64,000 nt of DNA, from the NCBI RefSeq assembly GCF_006345805.1, contig NC_043008.1, positions 4,092,001 to 4,156,000 of the forward strand, written 5' to 3'. The translations under genes and the position numbers were made by a program. Numbering within the stretch: the first letter of the stretch is position 1; each line of letters begins with the position of its first letter. A model generated the notes under the pieces. That model did no database searches and was not told where the DNA came from. It worked only from the letters and a program-made list of their open reading frames with translations. Positions 51,575 through 64,000 of the stretch are shown here, piece after piece. This DNA is from Octopus sinensis. Taxonomy: Eukaryota.

Positions 51575-51807
51575 TTTTATTCTTTTACTTGTTTCAGTCA
51601 TTTGACTGTAGTCATGCTGGAGCACCACCTTTAGCCAAAGAAATTGACCCCAGGATTTATTTTTTGTAAGTCTGGTACTTATTCTGTTGGTCTCTTTTGC
51701 CAAACTGCTAAGTTTCAGGGAGATAAACACGCTAACATTGGTCGACAAGTGATGATGGCGTGAGGGGGACAAACACGGACACACATAAACATATGCATGT
51801 ATATATA

Positions 51808-51846
<39 letters not shown>

Positions 51847-51990
51847 GCTTCTTTCAGTTTCCATCTACGAAATCCACACTCAAGCCTTTGGTTATCCCAA
51901 GGCTATAATAGAAGACACTTGCCCAAGGTTTTGTGCAGTGGGACTGAACCTGAGACTATATGGTTGGGAAGTAAGCTTCTCAACTGCATG
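51575..51990 (-). mobile_element. SINE family A with tail 1
   Basis: ttttacttgtttcagtcattt...(TA)n...gggcttctttcagtttcc...gacacttgcccaagg...gggactgaacc. Confidence 0.88.
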
Positions 51991-52639
51991 TGTGTGTGCT
52001 TATGTCTATATATACATACATGTATTTATTCATACACACACCCATATTATAGATAGGTAGATAGACAGACAAACAGAGCGTTATTTAATTTTGAATTTCA
52101 TAAATTTTCCTGTATGTCAGAAGGGAAACTGTAAGGAGGACTTGTAGTTCAAGTTTTATTTCTGTGAATTCTGCAGATGGATGGGTTACAGATCACAAAC
52201 AAAAATCAATACTCAACAGGAGCATTGATTTCTAAAATATTTAGCTATGTCATGTCATGTACGTTCCTTTAACAATGGTAAATACCAGTTATATAAGGAA
52301 ATCTAATAAAACTCGTTGCTTTGTCAAATCTTCAGAGATTATGTAACCCTCATTAGTAATTGGCTACAACAACAACTTTGTTAAATTACGTTAAGGAATC
52401 AGCTTTTATTCTTTCTAGAGGGAGGAAAAATGTCTTATCATAAGAGATAAAAAGTGTTTGTGTCGCCAGTGTGTCTCTGAATGGAGGAAATTTGTGTTTA
52501 ACACTCTCAGGTTTCAGTGATCCCAGTATAATAATATCCTTATGATATATATCAATCTTGTGGGTTATTGGGTTGCTAATTATGATGGTGACTGCACATC
52601 TATTCACAGACACACACGTAACACAAATATATAAACAGC

Positions 52640-52806
52640 CTTAACATAGACAAATAGGTGATGTATATATATAGACATATATATGCAAATACAACTATAT
52701 AAACACACACACACACTTGCATATTTACATGCACACATTTTGAACATGGTGAAATAGGTGACATATATATATGTACAAATACATCTGATATATGTATATA
52801 TATATA

Positions 52807-52841
<35 letters not shown>

Positions 52842-53047
52842 TGCAGACATACTTATATCTGCAAATACATCTATACATACACATACACATACACACTTGC
52901 ATATTTACATGCACGTACTTTGATCATAATCAAGTAGGTGATATATATATTTTTCAGGTATACTTATATCTGATAATGCATCTATACACACACACATTCA
53001 TACATACACTTGCATATATACATGCACACACTTTGATCATAGTCAAA
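52640..53047. repeat. Diverged minisatellite with microsatellite spacers
   Basis: acacttgcatatttacatgcac..tttga.cat...aa.taggtga recurs near 52710, 52890 and 53005, with a partial copy at 52640. Confidence 0.7.
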
Positions 53048-54134
53048 AGGCTGAGAAGTGATATGTGTATGTGTGTGTGTGTGTGTGTGTATGTATATAC
53101 ACCCACATGCACCCACGTACATAGATATACATAGTTTAGAGGAAAGAAAAGGTGACTAATGTGTTAGTATACTATGAGTTTCTAACTGGGAGACAAAATG
53201 GTGTTTGTTAGGGAGCCAGTTGTGGTTTAATAATCTTTTTGATTGAAATAATTCTTAAGCCCAGTAAAAATCTATGTTTACATGAGAATATACTTTTGTA
53301 TCATCATCATCATCATCATGTCTACTTTTCTATGCTTGGGTGGGTTAGTTAAAACTTACTGAGGCAGATATTCTATGGTTGGCTTCTGTCCAAACCACAC
53401 CTCTTTCCAAAGAAAATAATATCCCCCAGGGTCACATGTTTTCATGTTAGATTGGAAATGTGAGACACCACTTGTATGGTAGTGATGCTTGTTTACAACT
53501 GGTGTGTGATGTTACAACAAGGAGGTGCAAGTACATACACACACACACACACACACACTCTCTCTCTCATAGATAGATAGACAGAATCAATAATTTCCTT
53601 TGATTTTTCATTTACTTTTTTAAATTGAAGACGTCAGCAGTATTACTTATTAACTTTCTTCTTCTGATGTATAATGCAAATATTTTCATAGCCTTTACAC
53701 TGTAGTCATTATATATTCCAGTAATCAGAAGAACCAACCATATCTGATGTCATTAGCACATACATTATGAATCAGAAATATATATGGAATTGTTGATTTT
53801 ACTGGGCCTCTCGGTATTCTGTGTTTCAGTTCAGTTTATCAATACTCTGTGAAAGATTATGAAGAATTCTGCAGACATTGATTCTCTTTCTAGATTTGTC
53901 CCTTTAAAAATTGCTTAAAACAACTGAGAACCTTACTAAATTATTGAAAAAGAGGACAAGAGTTCAGTGAGAGTATTCTAGCAGAGAGCGAATGCTTTGT
54001 AAAATTATGTTCGGAATTCTCAATTTTAAATCCAACAGAGATTAAGAAGCACCAATAATACCAATTTATTGTAGCAAATCTGATATTATTAGGAATGCGG
54101 CTGAGAAGTAGCGAAGAAGATACAGAAACCATCT

Positions 54135-54505
54135 TTATCTTTTACTTGTTTCAGTCATTGGACTACAGCAAATCAACTCTAGTATTCATTCTATCAGTCA
54201 TTTTTGCCAAACTGCTAAGTTACAGGGACATAAACAAACCATGCTGGCACTGATGGGGGTGGGGCAAACACAAAGACACACTCTAGCACACACACACATA
54301 CATACACCCACACACTCTCTCTCTTTCACTCACACATACATACAAACACACATATGCACACAAATCAAACACCCTTCTTTCAATTTCTGCCTATGGCTTT
54401 GATTGGCCTGGAACTCTAGAAGACATTTGCCCCAGGTGCTGTGCAGTGGGATTAGATCCAAGGCCATAGAGTTGGGAAGCAAGTTTCTTAACCACCCAGC
54501 TACAC
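54135..54505 (-). mobile_element. SINE family A with tail 1, deleted
   Basis: ttttacttgtttcagtcattggac...gccaaactgctaagttacaggg...tgcagtgggatt...cttaaccac. Confidence 0.75.
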
Positions 54506-55596
54506 ATGAAGACAAAAATCATAAAGGCTTATATTGGACATATTTAGGAAAACTTTTTTTGTTTTACAAATGAGTAGGACCAGGTCAAGGATATAAATGA
54601 CAAGACTTACCCTTCTAACGCTATTTATGCAATTAACACCTTTAGAGGAAATTAAAGATGACTCCTGCACACAAAACCTTTCAATTAGATAAGTTTTTAT
54701 AACAGTTTTATTTCTCCTCTTATCAACAACAGATTTTATGTTGCTTTTTGATCAATAGAAATCTTTTCTATCAATCAAACTTACTTCTTTTCTTTAGTGC
54801 ATGAAATAAAGGCCATATAAGGAAGTAAAGAATACTTTCGAATATTATACAGACTGAAAATGATTTTAGTTTTTTGCGATCACTTTACTTTTTGGCATGT
54901 AGTTTCTAGCATCATTCTTATATATACATATATATTCAATGTATAAAATACCAAAGTGTTTTTTATTGTAGAATTCATTGAATTGACAATCTAATGTCTA
55001 GAAGCACTATAGAATTTCTTTTAGAAGTTTAAATATAAAACCAAGTTGTTTTCAGCTTGGCAAAAACTTTACAAATACATAAATCTTAGTTCATTGTGTT
55101 TACTGAACTGTGAAAAAAGATTTGCTATGTTAAGTGTCATATCAAATAAGAACTGCTACAATCAGAATATAAAAACGATTCATATAACATTGGTATAATT
55201 TGGTTCTCTTAAGCAACAAAAATGTTTTAGTTATTGAGTGCCAACTTAAAAAATACTAAATATTTCAAATCCTGATAGATTTTGACATTTTCTGAAAACT
55301 CTGGATTTATGGGTGTGTATGCATGCTTGCATTTGTGTGTGTGAGAGCATGTGTGATGATATAAACACATTTAGGTATGTGTGTGTGTGTATTTGTTTTT
55401 GCACACGTGTTTGTTGCATGTGTTTGTGTTTGTTGTATGTGTTGTGTGTGTGTGTGTGTGTGTGTATATGTAGGTGTACATATCAATTCAATGCATCAAA
55501 AAGCATATAAATGGAATACTATCTTACAAATCTACATTTTTAACCTGATACAGGAAAATATGAAACTTGCCATGAAATATTAATGTTGAAATATTG

Positions 55597-55597
<1 letters not shown>

Positions 55598-55648
<51 letters not shown>
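55598..55648. repeat. (GT)n microsatellite
   Basis: Direct reading. Confidence 0.95.
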
Positions 55649-55650
<2 letters not shown>

Positions 55651-56504
55651 AAAAGTATATAACTACAAATTTTATTTTTGTATGAGATGTGTTATAAGTA
55701 GAATTTCCCATTGTAAGTTTTTACTTGGTGAAAGTTTGTTGTTGTTTGTATTGACCTGTGCTGAATTCTTGACAGTGACACCTCCTAATTCTTCTTCCAG
55801 TTCTTCTGTTATTCATTGTCAAGCCTCAAAAGTACCTTGATCAATTGTCTTCTATCTACTCGACCAGCCTTATGAGTGAATTTGATAGACATAAGCTGAG
55901 TCAAAACTGCTGAATAGACTAGGAATCTATGATATATAGCAGGTCTCTGATTATAGGATACAAACTTTCCTTCCTCCTATCACATGTCATGGTGTCATCC
56001 CTCCTTTTGCTTGCCATTCTTGCAGACTCTGCAAAAAAATGTCATGGCAGACGTTCTTCCTCCGATTTTACCATTAAGAAAGGCCATCTTTAAAATAAGA
56101 ATATGGGAAAGACATTTTGTGATCAAGAATGGTCTGCTCTTTTAACCAATTATGCAGGGCCAGATTAAGTTCTGCATGTTTCCCTAAGTTTAGCCTAACA
56201 TTGGAGTTCCTTGCAATCTCTCCATACCTAGTTAAGAAGACATAAAGACACAACTGCTGAATATGAAATTATAAATAGAAAATGGTTGTTTCAACCCTAA
56301 TTAGACCCACTTAATTAGCCCTGTGGACAGTGGTATTTCAGTCATGTTCAGTCTGTTTCTTTTCAGGCATATTGGATTACATTGTTCACTGTAACCACTT
56401 TGATTTAAGCGGGATTTGACTGTTATTTCTAGTTACTCAAAAGATCACAAAGGCTCTTCTCCTGTTTGGTCGTTTTTGTTTTTCATTTATGGGAAATTTG
56501 AATA

Positions 56505-57031
56505 ATCTTTTTACCTTTCCTTTGGTTCAGTCAACAGATTGTGGCCATGCTGGAGCACTGTCTTGAAGAATTTCTAGTCAAATGAATCGATCCCAGCACT
56601 TTTGTTTTTTTTTTAAGCTTGGTACTTTTATTCTGTCAATCTCATTTGCCGAACCACCAAGTTATGGAGACATAAACACACCCGCACCATTTGTCAAGCA
56701 GTGGTTTGATGACAAACAGAGACACAAATGCACACACAGAGATATATACATATATATATATATAATAATATTAGGGAGTATAACTCCAAACTTACAGGGA
56801 AAAATTCAATTTAGTATTAAATCAAGTTTCACAGTATAAATATATAAAATATAAATTAGAGATAAAACCACTATTATGCAACTCAAACAGTGATAGACAT
56901 AAACCAATACATAAATAACAAATAATATGTATATATATATATACATATATATATAATTTTTTGTTAATATATAACTTATAACTAGATCTCAAAAAGTATA
57001 AAATGAATCATAAATATATAATATAATAATA

Positions 57032-57067
<36 letters not shown>

Positions 57068-57227
57068 CAACAGGTTTCTTTCAGTTTCCATCTACCAAAT
57101 CCACTCTCAAGGCTTTGGTCGGCCTGAGGCTATAGTAGAAGACACTTGCCCAAGGTGCCAGGCTGTGGAACTGAACACAGAACCGTGTGGTTAGGAAGCA
57201 AGCTTTTTAACACAGGGTCATGCCTGT
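56505..57227 (-). mobile_element. SINE family A with ~250 bp of AT-rich sequence inserted in its (TA)n hinge
   Basis: Tail 1 at 56505-56740 and head at 57068-57227, with unrelated sequence at ~56765-57020. Confidence 0.8.
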
Positions 57228-57749
57228 TGATTTTCTTTTTTTTTTTCTCTTTTGAGTAAAGAAATATTAGCCAGAACATGTCGAATAGAATTTGAAAGAG
57301 TTCAGTTTCACAAATAAAAGAGAAAGTAGATGAACTGCAATAATGATGGTTTCTGTGAAGAGATGATGGTTATTGGTTATTGTGAATATTGATCTGGTCC
57401 TTAGTGACGTATGAGTGATTGATTTAAGTGACTGTTATGTTGGTTAAAAGTCATGTAAGTATCTAAATTAACACCCAGATTTTGAACACTTGAGAAATAG
57501 CTCTATAGGTGCCATATTGACAAGATGTTTTCAATAACAAATCTTTCACCGATGTTCCATACTAGAAAATTTGTGGTTTGTTAATTTGGTAATGAACATC
57601 ACTCTATTTATTGATATTTCAACATTGATCAATAAACCAATTTTGGAAAGATTTGTATTATCAGCATAACTCATTTTTAAAGATTTGTATTACCAACATG
57701 ACCTTTTGCATTAAACTAGGGTTAAAATCAGTGTGTAATCCAATAATAA

Positions 57750-58195
57750 TAATAATCATCATCATCATCAACATCAACATCTATTTTCCATGCTGGCATG
57801 GGTTGGATGGCTTGACAGGAACTGGCAAGGCCATGGGCTGCATCAGGTTCTATAGTCTGTTTTGACTTGGTTTCTAATTTTGGTACAAAGCCAGCAATTT
57901 TGAGGGAAGGAAATTAGCCGATATCATGAAACCTAGTACTGGTCTGATACATTATCAGACTCAAAGAGATGAAAGGTAGAATCGACTTTGGTGGAATTTA
58001 ACTCAGAATGTGAAGTGCACAAGAGGAGGATGTTAGTTGATGACATTGGCCCCAGTATTTTACTGGTACTTTATTTTATAGGCCTTAGCAGGATGAGAAA
58101 TGAAGTTGACCTCAGTGGAATTTGAACTCAGAATGTAAAGAGCCGAAACAAATATTTTAAGGCATTTTCCCAATCATTTCAACAAATCTGCCAAT
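57750..58195 (-). mobile_element. SINE C 3' fragment followed by two partial SINE B copies
   Basis: ttccatgctggcatgggttggatgg at 57787; ggtggaatttaactcagaatg and gtggaatttgaactcagaatg repeated. Confidence 0.75.
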
Positions 58196-59019
58196 CCAAA
58201 TAAAAATTTTTAAAAACTGACAGTAAAAAACTATCTTTCTGCCTTTAAATTCAAATATACTTTTCTTACTTTGGTCAAGTCCTTATTTCTGTGATTTAAA
58301 TTATTGCTCATGTTGTTAGTTGAATCTTAGAATGTTGCAGCTAATGAATTCTGTGGGTCTTTCTTCTGTATTTTTCTTGGTTGCCCCTACTTTTTCTAGT
58401 TTACAATTTCCTTTCAGCTAAAATTTGGTTTCTCATTACTCAATATTCAATATGTTAATTTCTATATTTACCATCTCTCAACAATTCTGTGTCTTTGATT
58501 CCTCTGGTTCACAAACTTTCTTCATCCTTCACAGATTCATTAAATATTTATAGTAGATCAATCTCATTTCTTTCCTGTTGATTCCTCACAATTATTCTTA
58601 CCTTTATCACCCACACTTCACCAAAATATCTCTCATACTTTACACTGCATACATTTAGTAGATGAGTTCTTTGATGTCATCAAAGATGATTCTTTGAAAT
58701 ATTCAATGATTCCTATATAATAGATCTGTTTGATATCAGAACACAATCACTACTTCTCATGAGTCTTCACTTTATTCCTTGGTTCTTTGAACTTAGTGCT
58801 ATATTTGGTAATTTAAATGTATACTATTTTATGAAATAGTCAATGTCGTGCTCAGAAACCAGAAATCTAAGCCATCAGATTTAAGCTTAATTACATTTAT
58901 TGAAAATGCATTTTTTAAAAACATTTATTTCCTTTTTTTTTTTTACTTTATTGGTTTGGATTAGAAGAAGGGCTGTGCCCAAGACCTTCATAGGACCTCT
59001 GGGACCAGTTAGATCAATG

Positions 59020-59330
59020 CAGTTAACATTCTACTTGAACAGCTGCAAGCCTGTGGCTGTAGGGGGAAAATGTGAAGAGAAGCAACTCTAGAGGGATAAC
59101 ATTTTGGGAGATGAAGCCCTGGACTACATAGTTTGTATGGAGCCCAGAAGATGGGTGCAATATGGGCAATGAAAGAAGAAGAGACAAATGATTTGGGAGT
59201 GTCTTAGGAAGAGAGCATGCAACTGTCCAGCTCTGAGGAAAAAGAGACAAAGCAAAGAGTCATAGCACTTCTGCATCCACGGGCTAGAAGTTGTCGGGTG
59301 ATGGTGAATGTATGTCAGTCTGCCTTCATT
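59020..59330 (-). mobile_element. CR1-like LINE ORF2 3' end remnant
   Basis: Minus strand SLLCLFF...HFPPTATGLQLFK*NVN, resembling the SLCLFY...VFP...NLQ.FK..VN terminus of CR1-type ORF2. Confidence 0.55.
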
Positions 59331-59369
59331 TTTTTCGATAATGAAATATTGTTTTGAAATCAAAGTAGT

Positions 59370-59960
59370 TATGTTTGGTGGTGGTCAGTCCTAATTGAGA
59401 AGATTCTTACTCAAAAATGTTCCAGCCTTGACCATCCCATATTTTGTATGTGCAAGACAACATATTGTATATTTTTTACCTTCTTGTCTCAAAGCAGCAA
59501 GGTGGGAGCTAAGTGAACTTGACTGCTATTTCTAGCTGGTGTAGCAACCAAATAACGACTCCCTCAAATGGGTGATAACAATGTTGGGCCCTAAATCAAT
59601 TCTGATTCAGCTGACCTATGGTCAAGAGGCATTCTAGCCATGGCAATTTTATCTTTTTTTAGGAAAAAAAGAAATACAGCATTTAAAGTGTCCTTAAAAA
59701 GATAGGGCATGATTTGAGGGAGTTTTAGCTGCTATTTATATAGATTGAGAGACCACATAGAAACCCCTTTTGCAGTTGCTGTAATAGGGGTCAGCTTTGA
59801 TAAGAAAATCTATGATTAAAAGGGTTTTTCAGCTTTCTTGTTTGAGACCAAGTATTAAAACTAAGTTATCCAATGTATTCTTTCATTTTTAAAGATGGTA
59901 GAATGCGATCTTACTAATATTTCAAGGAGGCTAAACAACCACATAGGGGTTCCCTTGTTA
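59370..59960 (+). mobile_element. Three consecutive decayed family E repeats
   Basis: The motif order cctaa..ga...caa.ggcattc.agcc.tg...gctattt.ta..ag..g..acca.atag recurs at ~200-bp intervals. Confidence 0.6.
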
Positions 59961-60659
59961 ACTCAGAACCAAAAGGCTGAATCCTTTACTATTTCTATCT
60001 GCACAGTTTGTTTGTTTTTTTCATATTGTAGAAGTGTAAAAAATTGTACAACATTTTATTGCATAAACACTTTAGTACTAAGGAAAATAGTAAAATATTT
60101 TAAAATCCACAAACTTGTGAGACAACCACTTGGAGATCACTCGAACTTCAGATCATATCTTTGCATCCTAAAAAAAAAAGTAATGACCAACTGTATAATG
60201 TAGTCCAGGGTAAATTATAAGAAGTAGTGGTCACTAACTAGAAAACTTTGGATCATAAGTTTGCTTGATCAAGACTGATGTAGGCCTAAACAATAGCAAT
60301 TAATTATAAACTTGGTTAAGCTATCTCTTTCTCTTTCATTCTCACTGACTTTCGTTTTCCCTTTATCTCTCTAATTCTATTTCTGAACTGTCTCTGATTT
60401 ATTCTTAATCAATAGCTATTTTTGATAATTTTGTGAATCCAGATAACCACTAAATATGTTCTCTTTGTTATATGTTGGTGATTTTCTATGACACATAAAA
60501 TTAAGATTCTCTTTCTGCCCATATTTCACATTTATATAATCAAGCATATTTCCAAATGACACCAGACCACCAATAAACTAAATCAAGCATTCTAAGTTTA
60601 TTTGCTTCCATAAGGATTTCTTCATTTGTTATTTCCTATTAAGAATACAATACAACAAA

Positions 60660-60915
60660 TTAACCTCTTTGTGAACTTATTTATAATGAAGTATACTCTC
60701 TATGCATTTCAATTAATCTTAGAAAATAATCAAACATTTTCAAGTTATTTGCATACAAAAAAAGCTTTTCATTATTAAACTGGCATTTGGAACATAACAA
60801 AAGGTTTTATGCACAATTACGATGGAAAGCCTTAATTTTAATATGAACTTTGTAAAATATATATTTTTTTTGTCATAGAACCAGAATTTGTTAAGCTCAG
60901 CACTGAAAGGGTTAA
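60660..60915. mobile_element. TTAA-flanked piggyBac-like MITE
   Basis: ttaacctcttt...gaaagggttaa; internal cattattaaactggcatttggaacataa and tcatagaacc shared with the 35751 and 46010 copies. Confidence 0.65.
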
Positions 60916-61054
60916 AAAGGGCCAGAATATTTCTTTATAATTCCAATTAGAATTCGGTTTCTTTTTGCTTATCAAAAATGCAAATCTTCAGTCATTATCA
61001 TGTAAATACTTGAGAGCAGTTTTCATTAAAGAAGTTTTTTTTTTTTTTTTTGTG

Positions 61055-61505
61055 GTACAGGCATGTCTATAAGGCTAAGAAGTTTACTTCCCAAGTACAT
61101 GGTTTCAGGTTCAGTCCCACTCTGCAGCACCATGAGCAAGTGTCTTCTGTTCTACTACAGGTCCAGACTGATCAAAGCCTTGTGCATTGATTTGGAAGAC
61201 AGGAACTGAAAGAACCCCATCATATATGTGCATGTATAAGTGTGTGTGCATGTGTGTGTGTGTATGTGTGTGTGTGCATGTGTGTGTCTCCTTGTATTGA
61301 CATCATGTGTTCATTGTAAATGAATGTCATTCTATTACAACATTCTGCATAAAGAGATCCGGACATGGAGGAATATTACCTTGCTTGGAAACAAGTAGAG
61401 GTTGGTGACAGTAAGGGCATCCATCCAGAGAAAGTCTGCCTCAATAGACTCTCTGTGACCCATGCAAGCATGGAAAAGTGGGCATTAAACTGATAAAGGT
61501 GTTGA
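61055..61505 (+). mobile_element. SINE family A head with tail 2
   Basis: cttcccaagtacatggtttcaggttcagtcccac...aatattaccttgcttggaaacaag...aagggcatcc...cccatgcaagcatggaaaagtgg. Confidence 0.88.
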
Positions 61506-61844
61506 TGTAAAACATGGATAAAATTTTTTTATTATCCATACAGACATACATAGAGGGGACTGTGCAATATGATCTGGGGGTCACATATAACAGATGAGTT
61601 GGTTAAAAATTTAAAAACATGATAACATCGAATGGGGCACAAAAGACATTAACAAACAATGAAGACAATATGAGGTTAAAAGTAGACAGGTTTGCTCTGA
61701 CCCCACGAGCCCTGCCCTTTTAACCGACACCTTGCTTTTCCATTATGACATGCTCATTCAGGGTCTTTCACGTGTCCATCGTTTTTGGAACACACTCTGT
61801 GACAGACCCCTTCTCTCCAGCCCTAATGATGTAAAACATGGATA
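61503..61844. other. 306-bp segment flanked by perfect 18-bp direct repeats
   Basis: tgatgtaaaacatggata at 61503-61520 and 61827-61844. Confidence 0.75.
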
Positions 61845-63021
61845 GTCACAACAGCTGGATAGTAAATTGCATCCGACTGTACAAAAGGGATAAATAGAAG
61901 CAACATGCACTCTTTCAAGTTGTATACCAGATGTGGTTTGTTTTATTAAGTAATACATTTTGTATATCATTATAAAGAACAGCAAACGGTTGTATAAAAT
62001 AGATTTTAGTTAGTGATAGATGTTTTCTATAAATGATGAATAGGAAGACTTATTTCCATTATTGATATTCCATAAATTTATTGACTAATTGATTTTTATG
62101 AAAATAACAATGATATTTTGGGTATAATTTTTATATTTATTTGTGTTTACATTTATTGAAAGGTGATCAGTTGTAATTTAATTGATTACTGACTTTTACA
62201 AAAAGCATTAAGAGATTTAAGCCACAAAGAACTGCATATTGTAGAAGATATATAAAATTGTAATGACAAATCTCTCAGCCTCTCGTAAACTCTTAATCAA
62301 TCCAGTTGATTAGCATGGAGTGATCTCCAAATTATGCTCAGTTCATTCCACTCAAGTCAGATCTTGTAGAAATTTATTCCAGTTTCCAAACATCCACAGC
62401 TCTAGAGAGCTTTGAAATTCTACTTCACTTAGATGTTGTGTATTAATGCATTGGGCTGGGGGGGGGGGATTGTTTGTTGTTGTTATTTTTTGTTTGTTTG
62501 TTTGTTTTTGTTATTGCTATCATTTAATCTATTTCTTAAAAACATAATCTAATTTATGATGGATTTTAATATTAATATCCAGTACTGATTGTTTAATACA
62601 CAACAAAGTCTAAAGAAAAATTTTGTTTATTCCAAATATCAAAGAAGCGAGGCACATTTTTCCCCTCTTTAAGTTCTTTTATATTAAGCAGGAGAGAAAT
62701 GCTTTTTTTTCCATGGCTAGAACAAAAGTCATTTACAGAGAACTTTTCTAATCAAAGAAATTGAACTTAGTACATGAAGCCACCAAATCTGATCACAACC
62801 ACTATTTACATGGTACCATCCAAAGTTAGCTTACCTTGAATTGGTCATTTGATAGCTTATTACTCTAATTAACATCACATATTCTTATGATGAGATGCAA
62901 ACCAATGATTTCTGTGATGCATCTAAGTTACGGGGACGTAAACATTCCAACATCGGTTGTCAAGCGATGTTGGGGGAACAAATACAGACACACAAACACA
63001 CACACACACGCATATGTATAT

Positions 63022-63181
63022 AACCCACTACACTCACAGAGTGGTTGGAGTCAGGAAGGGCATCCAGCTGTAGAAACACTGCCAGATCAGACTGGAGCCT
63101 GGTGCAGCCTCCTGGTTTGCCAGACCCAGGTCGAACCGTCCAACCCATGCTAGCATGGAAAGCGGATGTTAAACGATGATG
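63022..63181 (+). mobile_element. SINE family C 3' half, abutting a minus-strand SINE A tail fragment (62920-63010)
   Basis: acccactacactcacagagtggttggagtcaggaagggcatccagctgtagaaac...gcatggaaagcggatgttaaacgatgatg. Confidence 0.9.
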
Positions 63182-63609
63182 CATCTCTGAATCAAATCAT
63201 TTCAGAGCAACAACTTCCTTATATAATGCAAATGGTAACTTCCTTACCGGGTTGCAGGCCCATTCAAGGCTTTTATGCAGGGGCAACAATTGTTCGTTCA
63301 TTCGAGTCTCCCGTCACCAAATCACTGCTGTTGTTCTAAGGAAAGACCAGGGTTGATACAGCTTGAAACTAGTATTATTGTCAGCATTGACGTTAAAACA
63401 CAAACGGTGGAAACGTATAAGGCAACTTGTCCGACCTGTAAACAATTCTACCAATCCTCCGTCCTTGTTTTTTACTTTATTTATCAACCCTAAAAGAATG
63501 AATGATAAAGTTGATCTCAGTTGGATTTGAACTCAGAATACAGAGAATCAAAGCAAATACCACAAAACACTCTAATAACTCTGCTAATTCACCATCATCT
63601 GTAAAGTAA

Positions 63610-63967
63610 TCATCATATTGTCTTGATGCCAACTTTTCCATGCTTGCAAGGATTGGACAGAGTTTATTGAAGCAAATTTTCCACAGCCAGGTAGACTTAG
63701 GCAGAATATTGGAAATGAGTGACACTCCTTATATGACACACACAACTACCACACAGTGTCAGGACGAGGGAACAAGCACACACACACACACACTTCTATC
63801 TATCTATTAACACACACACACACACGCCTGCACAATGGGTTTCTTTCAGTTTCCCTGCCAGATCCACTTACAAGGTTTTGCTCAGACCAGGGCTATACCT
63901 AAGTGGGACTGAACCTGAAACTAAACCATGTGATTGAGAAGTCAGCTTTCTAACCGCACAGCCATGC
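63610..63967 (-). mobile_element. SINE family A head with tail 2, preceded by a SINE B fragment at 63470-63595
   Basis: acttttccatgcttgc...(CA)n...ttctttcagtttcc...gtgggactgaacc...taaccgcacagccatgc. Confidence 0.75.
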
Positions 63968-64000
63968 TAAAAGATAACGCAGAGGTCAGAATATATTAGA

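Overview
AT-rich, repeat-dense eukaryotic non-coding DNA (intronic or intergenic). The mix of tRNA-headed SINEs, RTE-type tails and very abundant (TA)n/(CA)n/(CAT)n tracts resembles octopus (coleoid cephalopod) DNA; this is an inference from repeat content, not a database match. No intact protein-coding gene can be supported. The listed ORFs I could interpret are microsatellite translations, SINE read-throughs or decayed transposon fragments. Supported content: several SINE families (labels A-E are mine), decayed RTE- and CR1-like LINE fragments, two mariner relics (one with both TIRs), TA- and TTAA-flanked MITEs, and a non-autonomous Helitron as an apparently exact 418-bp tandem pair. Best leads: a pre-miRNA-like hairpin at 48573-48626, two long foldbacks at 990-1270 and 1784-1898, a tandem hairpin+pseudoknot module inside SINE C, two Penelope-type minimal hammerhead relics, a 306-bp insert between 18-bp direct repeats, and close inverted SINE pairs that could be ADAR substrates. 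All alignments were by eye, so boundaries of decayed repeats are approximate.
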